Part shown: positions 54,820-62,922 of the stretch, one piece after another | Layout: every line of letters begins with the position of its first letter | Position numbering within the stretch: position 1 is the first letter of the stretch | From: Desulfatibacillum sp. | Lineage (GTDB): Bacteria; Desulfobacterota; Desulfobacteria; Desulfobacterales; SpSt-501 | Direction: 5' to 3' | DNA length: 64,000 nt | NCBI GenBank assembly: GCA_020725555.1 | Contig: DYEU01000031.1 | Span: 52,761-116,760, forward strand | Made by a program: the position numbers and the translations under genes | Notes under the pieces: model-generated | The model's database searches: none | What the model saw: only the letters and a program-made list of their open reading frames with translations | Told to the model about the DNA's origin: nothing

Positions 54820-55913
54820 GGGCGGCCTTTCAGCAGGAAGCGGTCTTCCGGTTGCGCGATCCGGGGCCGGCCGGCCCCCAGCAGGAGAAGGCCGACGGCG
54901 GCCGCGGCGAGCGGGCCGAAGGCGGCGCAGCCGGTCGCGGCGAGCCAGGCGGCGAGAAGACTCAATACCACCGCGGCAAGGCGCGCTGCAAGGCCCAGCA
55001 CCCCGAGCAGGGAGAGGAAGGCCGCCCCGGCCGCCCCCGCCGCGCCCGCCGCGGGGCAGGGGGTGAGGCAGGCGCCGAGGGCGGCGGCGGCGAGCGCCAG
55101 GCGCACGGCCGGGGGGAGCAGGGCGGCCGCCAGGGCCTCGGCCCTGCCGAGGACCGGCCCGCGCCAGCGGCCGGTTTCCTCGGCGCGGCCCGTGATCACC
55201 AGCCAGTCGGTGGCGATGCCGGCGAGGAAGGCCGCCGTCACCGCGAGCGAGGCCGGGACGAGCGCCTCCGGTCCGAAGAGGGGCAGCAGGGCGGCCGCCG
55301 CAAAGGCCATCGTGGCCCCCGCCGTAAAGCGGGCCTGCGGCCGGGGGGCGATCGGCCGCACGGGGAGCCCGCGGCGGCGGCGCAGGCACACGGCGAGGCG
55401 CACGGCATAGAAACCGACGCCGGTTGCGGCGTAGAGGGGGTGGACCCGGCCCGTCTGGACGAGGAGCAGGGCGGCCAGGAGGACGCCCAGGGCGTCGGCC
55501 TCGGTGTCGAGGGCGGCCCCCAGGGCGGAGGCCTCGTTGCGCTTGCGGGCGATCCGGCCGTCGGCCGCATCGAGGAGCACGCAGAACCCGTAGAGGAGGC
55601 CGGGCGACCAGGAGAGGGCCTCCGGCACGGGCCCCGCGACCGGCCCCATGGCGAGAAACCCGGCCAGGCCGCAAAGCAGGAGGGCACGGCCGATCGTGAC
55701 CGCCGCGGCTAGGCCGAGGCGGGGCGTCGGGGGGCCGGGCGCGGGGGGCGCTCCCGCGGCCAGAAGCCGCGCGGTGCGCAGGAGCACGGCGGCCGCCGCC
55801 GCGGCGGAACCGGCCGCCCAGCGCAGGGCCGCCTCCGCCCCCGCCGGCGGGGCGAGCGCCGCGGCGCCCGCGGCGATCCACACGAAGGCCGCGGCCGCCG
55901 GCCAGGCCCTCAC
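54816..55913 (-). CDS. CDP-alcohol phosphatidyltransferase family membrane protein
   Basis: DAADGRIARKRNEASALGAALDTEAD matches D-G-x2-A-R-x8-G-x3-D-x3-D. Polytopic. The GTG start forms a GTGA overlap with the sbcB stop. Confidence 0.8.
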   Translation of the reverse strand: MRAWPAAAAFVWIAAGAAALAPPAGAEAALRWAAGSAAAAAAVLLRTARLLAAGAPPAPGPPTPRLGLAAAVTIGRALLLCGLAGFLAMGPVAGPVPEALSWSPGLLYGFCVLLDAADGRIARKRNEASALGAALDTEADALGVLLAALLLVQTGRVHPLYAATGVGFYAVRLAVCLRRRRGLPVRPIAPRPQARFTAGATMAFAAAALLPLFGPEALVPASLAVTAAFLAGIATDWLVITGRAEETGRWRGPVLGRAEALAAALLPPAVRLALAAAALGACLTPCPAAGAAGAAGAAFLSLLGVLGLAARLAAVVLSLLAAWLAATGCAAFGPLAAAAVGLLLLGAGRPRIAQPEDRFLLKGRP

Positions 55914-57379
55914 AGCCCGGCCAGGGGCAGCGGGGCCTGCCGGACGGCGCCGGGAAGGTAGGCTCCCCATCGGTTCAGGATCTCCCGCCTGAGCTCGGCC
56001 AGGAGCTTGCCGGAGGCGTCGTCGGTTTCCGGGGAGCCCTCGAGACGCTCGATCTCGGCGAGCGCGGCGAGCGGGGTCCGGCGCAGGCGGCCGGCATGGT
56101 CGCGCGCCGGCGGGCCGCAGGCGATCCGCCGCAGGTGGGCTTCGGCTTCGCGCGCCAGCGCCTCCGGCAGGGGTCCCGGGTGGTTGCGGAGGATGAGGCG
56201 GCGGGCGAGAATGCGGGCCTGCGGGCTCGCAAAGCGCTCCGCCAGACCGACCCGCTCCTCCCAGCCGGCTTCGTGGAAGCTGCGGCAGAGGGCCTCGTCC
56301 GGCCGCGGCAGGAACCCGTTCTGGTAGAGCCCGGCGTCGGGGTCGAGGTCCGGCACGGGGGGGTGGCGCCAGCCGCGGTGCCGCCGCACCCGAGCGGCGA
56401 ACTCGGCCGGGTGCGCCTGCAGCCATTCGAGGTGGGCGCTGAAGAGCCGCCTTCGCTCCTCGCCGAGCCGCGCGAGGTAGCGCTCCCGCGGCGGAAGCAG
56501 AATCCCCGGCTCCCCGAGGCGCTTGCGGGCGACCCCGGCGTCGTCGGGGGAGCAGGCCTCCTCCCCGGAGCCGGGGGGAAAGGGCCGGTCGAGGCGGAGC
56601 CAGAGGCTCTGCTTGGGGTAAGGCTCGGAGAAGCCGATCCCCAACACCGGGGCGAGAAAGCCGTTTTGCGTGCCCCACTCGCCCGAAAGCAACAGCGCCA
56701 GGCGGTGGTCCCCCAGCTCGCTTTGGAAGGCGACGGGCAGCCGCTCGAGGCGCCCGGCGTCGACCTCGGGGTCGAAGGCGCCGAGCGCCCAGGCCCAGAG
56801 CTCCGCGTTGCGGGCGAGGCGGCGGGCGAGCTCGAGGCAGGCCGCGGCGTCTTCCAGCGCTTCGTGGCAGCGGCCCTCGAAGAAGGCGTTCTCGCGGCCG
56901 AGGTCCGCAAGCCGGAAGGAGACCCGGCCCTCGGGGTGCGGCCAGGCGAGGAGATCGCTTTCCTGGACCCAGTAGAGCAGGGCCACCGGGAAGAGGTCGA
57001 GGCGGCGGCAGCCGCGGGCGTACTGGTGCTCGTAGGGAGGGAGCAGGTTGCGGTAGAAGGAGAAGCGCAGGAACTCGTCGTCGAAGCCGATCGAATTGTA
57101 GCCCAGGCTCCAGGTCCCGGGCCGGGTGAGCCGGCCGTGGATTTCGCGCACGGCCTCGTACTCGGAGCGGCCCTCGGCCAGGTCGGCTGGCCGGATGCGG
57201 TGGACGAGAAGGGCCGCGGGCGAGGGCAGGACGTCGGGCCGGAGGCGGATGCGGATGCGCACCCGTTCCACCTCCTGCAGGGCCTCGTCGGTGCGGATGG
57301 CGGCGAATTCGAGGATCTGGTCGAGGGAGCGGCTGAGACCGGACGTCTCGGTGTCGTAGAAGAGGAAGGAGGCGGCCAT
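55910..57379 (-). CDS. sbcB: exodeoxyribonuclease I
   Basis: FLFYDTETSG, GYNSIGFDDEFLRFSFYRN and HEALEDA DEDDh motifs, plus a C-terminal ExoI-type region. The start is trimmed to ATG 57377-57379. Confidence 0.85.
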   Translation of the reverse strand: MAASFLFYDTETSGLSRSLDQILEFAAIRTDEALQEVERVRIRIRLRPDVLPSPAALLVHRIRPADLAEGRSEYEAVREIHGRLTRPGTWSLGYNSIGFDDEFLRFSFYRNLLPPYEHQYARGCRRLDLFPVALLYWVQESDLLAWPHPEGRVSFRLADLGRENAFFEGRCHEALEDAAACLELARRLARNAELWAWALGAFDPEVDAGRLERLPVAFQSELGDHRLALLLSGEWGTQNGFLAPVLGIGFSEPYPKQSLWLRLDRPFPPGSGEEACSPDDAGVARKRLGEPGILLPPRERYLARLGEERRRLFSAHLEWLQAHPAEFAARVRRHRGWRHPPVPDLDPDAGLYQNGFLPRPDEALCRSFHEAGWEERVGLAERFASPQARILARRLILRNHPGPLPEALAREAEAHLRRIACGPPARDHAGRLRRTPLAALAEIERLEGSPETDDASGKLLAELRREILNRWGAYLPGAVRQAPLPLAGL

Positions 57380-57443
57380 GGCGGCCTGTGTGCGCCGCCG
57401 CGGCCGGGTTGTCAAGCGCAAACCGCCCCGCCGGGCCCCGGGG

Positions 57444-58592
57444 TCAGGCGGCGGCGCCCCGGCCGGGCTCCTCGGCCGGGCCGGTCGTGAGGATCAGCTC
57501 GTCCAAGCCGTAGCCGAAGCTCTTGAGGAGATCGATCGCCGTGCGCACGATCTCCTCGGGCGCAAGCCGGGTTTCGACGTAGATCGCCGTCTTGCGGATT
57601 TTTTCCGGGATCTTGAGCTGGTCGGAGTAGCGCGAGAAGCGGGGCGGCCCGCCGTCGTTCATCCAGAGGACCTTCTCGAAGTCCTGCGGGTGCGCGGCCG
57701 CGAATTCCTGGCAGAGCCGCACCAGGAGCTCCTCCCAGGATTGGACCGCGACCGTCCTGCCGCGGAGGCTGAAGGCGCGGACGGTCTGCCCGCTGAAGAA
57801 CTCCGGCTTGCGCCGGTTGATTTCCCCATCGTCCCGGGCGGCGCTCGGCGCCTCCGGGTCGCGGCCGGTTTCGCCCTCGAAATCGCGCTGGAAGACGATT
57901 TCCGCAGGCCGCGCACCGGCCGGGGCGGCGCGGCCGCGGAGAAATTCCTCCACCCAGGCCCTCTCGGGGGCGGACCCGCAGGAGGCCTCGGTCGCGGCGG
58001 TCAGAAGCTCGACGAGCCGCGGGTCCGGCGCGGCGAGCAGCCTCCCCCAGGCCGCGGGCAGGGCCTCGAGCACGCGGGCGCGCCGGCGCTCGCGGTGGAG
58101 TTGCTCGGCGGCCGCGAGAAACGCCCCCGAGACGAGCTGTTCGCGCCCGAGCAGCGCGGCGAACTCCGCGGCGAGCTGGTCCGCGGGGTCCTGCGCCAGG
58201 TCGCGGCGGAAGACCAGCGCCTCGGCCGCGGAGCCCCCGGCGCCCGGCAGAAACGCCCACCAGCGCCGGCCGTCCGTGTGCAGGGCGAGTTCGGCCCCGG
58301 TCCGGGCGGCCCCCTCGAGCAGGGCGGCATGGACCGCCTCGAGGGCCCCCGTCTCGCGGCGCACGTCGAACAGAAGGCGCGGCAGCCCGTCGAGACACAG
58401 CGCGAAGGCGACCGTCCCGCCGCCGGTGCGGTAGTCGGGCTGGACCTCCTCGACGTTGAAGATGTCCCAGCCGAGAAGGGAAAGAAGCCGCAGCGCGACC
58501 GCCTGGCGCAGGAGAGGCTCCTCGAGCCGACCGAGCCGGGGGTCGGACTTCCAGTCCGCGATCACGGAGGCGATTTTCTTGACCGCTTTCAT
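57444..58592 (-). CDS. hypothetical protein with an HsdR_N-like (type I restriction N-terminal, PD-(D/E)XK fold) domain that looks catalytically degenerate
   Basis: LRQAVALRLLSLLGWD...VAFAL...LLFDVRR resembles the HsdR_N pattern, but the usual D and E-x-K positions read A and D-V-R. The GGGGAG RBS favours ATG 58590-58592. Confidence 0.5.
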   Translation of the reverse strand: MKAVKKIASVIADWKSDPRLGRLEEPLLRQAVALRLLSLLGWDIFNVEEVQPDYRTGGGTVAFALCLDGLPRLLFDVRRETGALEAVHAALLEGAARTGAELALHTDGRRWWAFLPGAGGSAAEALVFRRDLAQDPADQLAAEFAALLGREQLVSGAFLAAAEQLHRERRRARVLEALPAAWGRLLAAPDPRLVELLTAATEASCGSAPERAWVEEFLRGRAAPAGARPAEIVFQRDFEGETGRDPEAPSAARDDGEINRRKPEFFSGQTVRAFSLRGRTVAVQSWEELLVRLCQEFAAAHPQDFEKVLWMNDGGPPRFSRYSDQLKIPEKIRKTAIYVETRLAPEEIVRTAIDLLKSFGYGLDELILTTGPAEEPGRGAAA

Positions 58593-58735
58593 CGGCTCCC
58601 CTCGGCAGGGGATATCGGCCGAAGGGCCTCGGGGCTTGAGAGGGGATTGCCGCGGCCGCACCGGGCGCGGGGGCGGGACTCAAGGGCCGGGGGGCGGCGG
58701 CCGATAGCGAACATGAGCCGCCCGCACGGCGGGCG

Positions 58736-58954
58736 GTGAGGGGAGGCCTCTTGCGACGGAAACTTCTCTTTTGGACGGCCGTGATCTGCGCCGCAGCCGG
58801 GATGCACGCCCCCGACGGCCGGCTCCTGCAGGGCTTCGCCGTCCTGTCCGCTTCTCTGTGGGTCGCCTGGTGGCTGCGCGGCCGGGACCGCCCCGCCGCG
58901 CCCGCCGCCGCGCCTGCGGCCAAACCCGCCGCGAAGGCCGCCAAGGCGCCCTGA
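58736..58954 (+). CDS. possible small membrane protein
   Basis: 72 aa with two hydrophobic segments and an A/P/K tail. Third positions are G/C-rich. GTG start, no clear RBS. Confidence 0.35.
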   Translation: MRGGLLRRKLLFWTAVICAAAGMHAPDGRLLQGFAVLSASLWVAWWLRGRDRPAAPAAAPAAKPAAKAAKAP

Positions 58955-59091
58955 GGGCCCGCGGCGCGGGCGAAGGTGACGGATTTTTGACGCCTTAGCA
59001 GCCGGCCCTCATCCTTTTTCCCGACGGCGCCAGGCCTGCAGAGGAAAAGAACCCCATGAAACAGCAGGGGATTCTTCAACTCCCGGCGGTC

Positions 59092-59107
59092 TGGCACGAT
59101 AGTTGTA
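59092..59107 (+). promoter_or_regulatory. sigma-54-like promoter (imperfect -12)
   Basis: cTGGCACG-atag-TTGTA has a perfect -24 box and correct spacing, but the -12 box reads GT instead of GC. It lies 94 nt upstream of ATG 59201. Confidence 0.3.
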
Positions 59108-59200
59108 TAGTTTTGTAGCATCCGGGGTTTCAAGATTTCGCGAAATCCGGCGATGTAGGAAACGCAGGGAGTGCCGATTTCAGAAAAGGAAGGGCGGGCG

Positions 59201-59428
59201 ATGAGAGGCAGCAGGGCGTTGACCCAGAATTTCGACTACGACCGGGGCTATCTCGTGAAGAGCCCCTGCCGCGGCTGCGGCAAGTACGGCTCGTTTCCCG
59301 AATGCATGGAGAGCTGCCAGGTCCTGGACCGCATCCAGACCGTCCTGAGCGACACGCTCTCGAGCCTGAACAGCTACTCGGCCGCGGAATCCTACAGCCT
59401 TCCCCTGGACGTGCTGGAGCGGATCTAA
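59201..59428 (+). CDS. small Cys-rich hypothetical protein
   Basis: 75 aa (SPCRGCGKYGSFPECMESCQ, a CxxC...CxxxC pattern). AAAGGAAGGG RBS. The track GTG start at 59171 has no RBS. Confidence 0.55.
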   Translation: MRGSRALTQNFDYDRGYLVKSPCRGCGKYGSFPECMESCQVLDRIQTVLSDTLSSLNSYSAAESYSLPLDVLERI

Positions 59429-59521
59429 AGGCGGCTACCCGTCCGCCCCACGCCGGCCCGCGGCGCCTCTCCCCCGGGGAGGCCCGGGGCGGCGCTTGCG
59501 CCGCGACGGGGTTGCAACCCG

Positions 59522-59550
59522 CCGCCTCCCGCGCTAAGGGGAGGCGGTTT
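59522..59550 (+). terminator. possible intrinsic terminator
   Basis: CCGCCTCCC-(8 nt)-GGGAGGCGG followed by TTT. Confidence 0.4.
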
Positions 59551-59608
59551 GCGGCGCAGCCCGGCGCGCGCCTTCCCTCACCTCTTCCCCGACCCGGCGG
59601 AAACCCCG

Positions 59609-60217
59609 ATGGCCCCTTCCGGTCGCGCGGCGGAAACCCCGGCCCTGCTCGTCATCGATCTCGAGCGGGACACCCTCGATGAGCGCAAGGGGTTTCCGAT
59701 CACGCCGCTGGCGCGCGGCCTCCTCCCGGTCGTGAACCGCCTGGCCGGCCGTTTCCGGGCCCGCGGCTGGCCGGTCGTTTTCACGACCGACGCCTTCGAA
59801 CCCGGCGATTTCCTTTTCGGCGGGGCGATGGCCCCTTACTCGCTCCGGGGGACCGCGGGGGCGCGGGTCGCCGCCGAGCTCGACTTGCAGGAGGGCGACC
59901 TCTGGCTGCCCAAGAGACGGTTCTCGGCCTTTTTCGGGACGGATCTCGCGGCCTGGCTGCGCGGCCGGGGGGTGACGCTCTGCGCCGTGGCCGGGGTCTC
60001 GACCCCCTTCTGCGTGCTCGCCACCGCGCTCGACGCCCTGAGCCACGACTTCAAGGCGGTGATCCTCGAGGACGCCGCGGCCGCCCCTTCCGCCGCGCGG
60101 CACGAGGCGCTGCTCTCCGTCTACCGCCGCAACCCCCTCTTTCCGCTGCTGCGCGTCCTCACCTCCGCGGCGCTGCTCGCCGAGCTCGACGCGGGGGGGG
60201 AGGGCGGCGCGGCCTGA
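59609..60217 (+). CDS. isochorismatase-family cysteine hydrolase
   Basis: LLVIDLERD, PKRRFSAF and AGVSTPFCV give the D-K-C triad context. ATG 59609 is in frame with the track ORF. Confidence 0.8.
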   Translation: MAPSGRAAETPALLVIDLERDTLDERKGFPITPLARGLLPVVNRLAGRFRARGWPVVFTTDAFEPGDFLFGGAMAPYSLRGTAGARVAAELDLQEGDLWLPKRRFSAFFGTDLAAWLRGRGVTLCAVAGVSTPFCVLATALDALSHDFKAVILEDAAAAPSAARHEALLSVYRRNPLFPLLRVLTSAALLAELDAGGEGGAA

Positions 60218-60230
60218 GGCGCAGGGCCCT

Positions 60231-60557
60231 TCACTTCCGGCCCTGCAGGCGGCGCTCCCAGTCGAACTCCCGCGAGGTGACCCGGTCTTCCATGCGGCGG
60301 AGGCGGCGGTCGAGATCCGCGAGGCGGTCGCGGAACCCGTCCGTTGCGGCCCCCGCGGCCGGCTCGGGCCTCATGGCCAGCGCGGCCAGGACATAGAGGA
60401 TCAGGCCGGGCCAGAACCCGGTGAAGAGGATCAAGGCCGCGGTGAAGAAGCGCACCCAGAAGACCGGGAATTCGAAGTAGGAGGCGATGCCGCGGCAGAC
60501 GCCGAAGACCGCGCCCTCCCGGGAGCGGTGGAGGCTTCGCCCTGTTGCTCTGCTCAC
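60231..60557 (-). CDS. pspC: envelope stress response membrane protein PspC
   Basis: PspC domain (GAVFGVCRGIASYFEFPVFWVRF), one TM segment, and a C-terminal RLRRMEDRV helix. Confidence 0.8.
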   Translation of the reverse strand: MSRATGRSLHRSREGAVFGVCRGIASYFEFPVFWVRFFTAALILFTGFWPGLILYVLAALAMRPEPAAGAATDGFRDRLADLDRRLRRMEDRVTSREFDWERRLQGRK

Positions 60558-60769
60558 GGCCGCTCCTTTCGCTCCCCGGGTTCGGAGAGCAGGATCTCGA
60601 GCGCCTCGACCCGCTTCTCCAGGCGGTCGATGGCGGCCCGGATCTCCTCCGCGGATGCCTCGTTATCCCGCGCGCCGGGCTCCCGGCGGCGGCGGGACCA
60701 GCGGGCCGCCGCCACGAGAAGCAAGGCGACCAGCCCTCCCAGGACCACGAATCCCGTCGTGTCGAGCAT
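60554..60769 (-). CDS. pspB: envelope stress response membrane protein PspB
   Basis: 71 aa with an N-terminal TM segment, then IDRLEKRVEALEILL, like the E. coli PspB C-terminus. The start is trimmed to ATG 60767-60769. Confidence 0.65.
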   Translation of the reverse strand: MLDTTGFVVLGGLVALLLVAAARWSRRRREPGARDNEASAEEIRAAIDRLEKRVEALEILLSEPGERKERP

Positions 60770-60901
60770 GAATCGCAACCGGCCCTCCCTCCTCATCCGC
60801 AAGGCGAGCGGTTCTCCTCCGCCCGCCGCTTTTCCCCGTCCCGGCCGGTTATAGGCCATGCCGCCTTCCGGGGCAACGGGAAGGCGGCAGAGGGGCGGCG
60901 C

Positions 60902-61576
60902 TTACGCGCCCCGCCGCTCCCCGTCGCGCGCGGCCTTGAGGGCGGCGAGCTCGCGCTCGATCTCCTCGTCCCGCGAAAACCGCTCCAGGGATTCCGCGAG
61001 CTCCCCTGCGCCGGGGGGCAGGACGAGTTCGCCCTCGGCCTCGAGGCGGGCGATTTTCTTTTCGAACTCCTCAAAGCGCACGGCCGCCTGGACGCCTTCC
61101 AGGCGGCGGATCTCCTCCCGCGCCCGCCGCGCCCTTCCGGCATGGCGATGGCGCTCGGCGAGAAGCCGCTTCTTTTCCCGGGCCGCGGTCAGCTTTTCCT
61201 CGAGCAGGCGGATGTCGGCGAGGTACTGCGCGATCAGCGCCTGCTCCTCCTCGGCCTCGGCCGCGAGCGCCGCGGCCGCCTTCTGCCAGCGGCGCTTTTC
61301 GACCAGGGCCTCGCGGGCGAGATCCTCGCGCTCCTTGCGAAGGGCGACCTCGGCCTTCTCCGCCCAGGAACGGCTCTTTTGCCGGGCCTCCTCGGCCCGC
61401 CGCCCCCGCAGGCGCGCCTCGGCCATCAGGGCGGCGCAGGAGGACTTGAGCTCGACGAGCGTGTCCTCCATCTCGCGGATCATGAGGCGGATCATCTTCT
61501 CCGGGTCCTCGGCCCGGTCGAGCATGGCGTTGATGTTGGCGCTGACGATGTCGCGGAAGCGGGTGAAAATGCCCAT
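60902..61576 (-). CDS. pspA: phage shock protein A
   Basis: MGIFTRFRDIVSANINAMLDRAEDPEKMIRLMIREMED, the canonical PspA/IM30 N-terminus. GAGGAGGA RBS. Confidence 0.92.
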   Translation of the reverse strand: MGIFTRFRDIVSANINAMLDRAEDPEKMIRLMIREMEDTLVELKSSCAALMAEARLRGRRAEEARQKSRSWAEKAEVALRKEREDLAREALVEKRRWQKAAAALAAEAEEEQALIAQYLADIRLLEEKLTAAREKKRLLAERHRHAGRARRAREEIRRLEGVQAAVRFEEFEKKIARLEAEGELVLPPGAGELAESLERFSRDEEIERELAALKAARDGERRGA

Positions 61577-61624
61577 GGGGTCCTCCTCGCGGTCATCCGG
61601 GGGCGATCCGGTGCCTGGGAGAGG

Positions 61625-61640
61625 AGCAAGGACGATGCCA
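61625..61640 (-). promoter_or_regulatory. sigma-54 promoter of pspA
   Basis: On the minus strand, TGGCAT-cgtcc-TTGCT has exact GG/GC spacing. It lies about 50 nt upstream of the pspA ATG, facing divergent pspF. Confidence 0.6.
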
Positions 61641-61747
61641 GGGGATGGTGTTGGAAATGATGGACTTTTTCGCGTTCGTGGAGGGCCTCGTGAGGTGGGA
61701 AAAACCAAAGGATGGCAAATTTAACCCGATAATGGTAAAAAATCCCA

Positions 61748-62800
61748 ATGAAAACCTTTCATCGCCCTCCGCCTGGGGAGAGCCTCCCCGAGGCCCTCGG
61801 CGAGTCCGAGGCCTTTCTCGCCTTCCAGGAGAGGCTGGCGCGCGTCGCCCCCGTGCAGCGGCCGGTGCTGATCGTCGGCGAGCGCGGCACGGGAAAGGAG
61901 CTCGCCGCGATCCGGCTTCACTTCCTCTCCGGCCGCTGGCAGCGGCCCCTTGTCACGCTGAACTGCGCCGCGCTCTCCCCCGGGCTGATCGAATCCGAGC
62001 TCTTCGGCTATGAGCGCGGCGCCTTCACCGGCGCCGCCGAGCGCCGGATCGGACGCTTCGAGGCCGCCAACGGGGGCACCCTCTTTCTCGACGAGATCGG
62101 CAACGTGCCCCTCGAGGTGCAGGAGAAGCTCCTCCGCGCCGTGGAGTACCGGGTGATCGAGCGCGTCGGCGGCGCCGAGCCGGTGCGCGTCGATGTGCGC
62201 ATCGTGGCCGCAACCCACGCCGATCTGCCGGCGATGGCGGCGGCGGGCGCCTTCCGCCGCGATCTTCTCGACCGGCTGAGCTTCGAGGTGCTGAGGCTTC
62301 CGCCGCTGCGCGAGCGCGCAGGCGACGTCTCCCTGCTCGCCGAGCACTTCGCCCGCGCCATGGCGGCCGAGCTGGGCCGGCCGGAGCCGCCGCGGTTCTC
62401 CGCCGAGGCCCTCGCCGCCCTCCGTTCCTACCCTTTCCCGGGCAACGTGCGCGAGCTGAAGAACGTGGTCGAGCGCGCGGTCTACCGGGCCGCGGGGCCC
62501 GTCATCCGCGAGCTCGTCTTCGACCCCTTCGGCGGGGAGGGGAAAGCGCCGGAGGCGAAGGCTCCGGGGAAAGCCGCCCCGCCCGTTGCGCCTTCGCCCG
62601 CCGGGGGCGGGATGGCCGATCTCCTCGACCGGCCGCTGCCCGAGGCCGTGACCGAGCTCAAGCGGCGCATGCTCGCCCGGGCGCTTGCGGCCTGCCGCTG
62701 GAACCAGCGCCGCGCGGCCGCGCGGTTGGGCCTGGGCTACGATTCCTTCCGCAGCCTCTACCGGCGGCTGCGCGATGCGCTCCCCCCGCCCGTGGGCTGA
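61748..62800 (+). CDS. pspF: sigma-54-dependent activator PspF (AAA+ plus HTH, no receiver)
   Basis: LIVGERGTGKELAA, ESELFGYERGAFTGA, FLDEIGNV and GNVRELKN, plus the C-terminal HTH AAARLGLGYDSFRSLYRRL. Divergent from pspA. Confidence 0.85.
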   Translation: MKTFHRPPPGESLPEALGESEAFLAFQERLARVAPVQRPVLIVGERGTGKELAAIRLHFLSGRWQRPLVTLNCAALSPGLIESELFGYERGAFTGAAERRIGRFEAANGGTLFLDEIGNVPLEVQEKLLRAVEYRVIERVGGAEPVRVDVRIVAATHADLPAMAAAGAFRRDLLDRLSFEVLRLPPLRERAGDVSLLAEHFARAMAAELGRPEPPRFSAEALAALRSYPFPGNVRELKNVVERAVYRAAGPVIRELVFDPFGGEGKAPEAKAPGKAAPPVAPSPAGGGMADLLDRPLPEAVTELKRRMLARALAACRWNQRRAAARLGLGYDSFRSLYRRLRDALPPPVG

Positions 62801-62841
62801 GGGCCCTCCGGGGCCCGCGGCTCCGGCGCGGGAGAAACGAA

Positions 62842-62876
62842 GGGCCGCCCCCCGTGCGGGGGCGGCCCTTTGGTTT
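62842..62876. terminator. bidirectional intrinsic terminator between pspF and the TRAP gene
   Basis: An 11-bp GC stem, GGGCCGCCCCC (62842-52) with GGGGGCGGCCC (62858-68), and a 5-nt loop. Flanked by GAAACGAA upstream and TTTGGTTT downstream. Confidence 0.55.
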
Positions 62877-62922
62877 CAGGCGCCGCGTCATCCGAAAAGG
62901 CCTGCGCGCGGCGGGGCGCAGG

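Noticed and set aside
61711-61727. A TGGCA box near the pspF start as a sigma-54 promoter for pspF.
   Set aside because: No TTGC element follows at the required spacing. pspF is classically sigma-70 transcribed.
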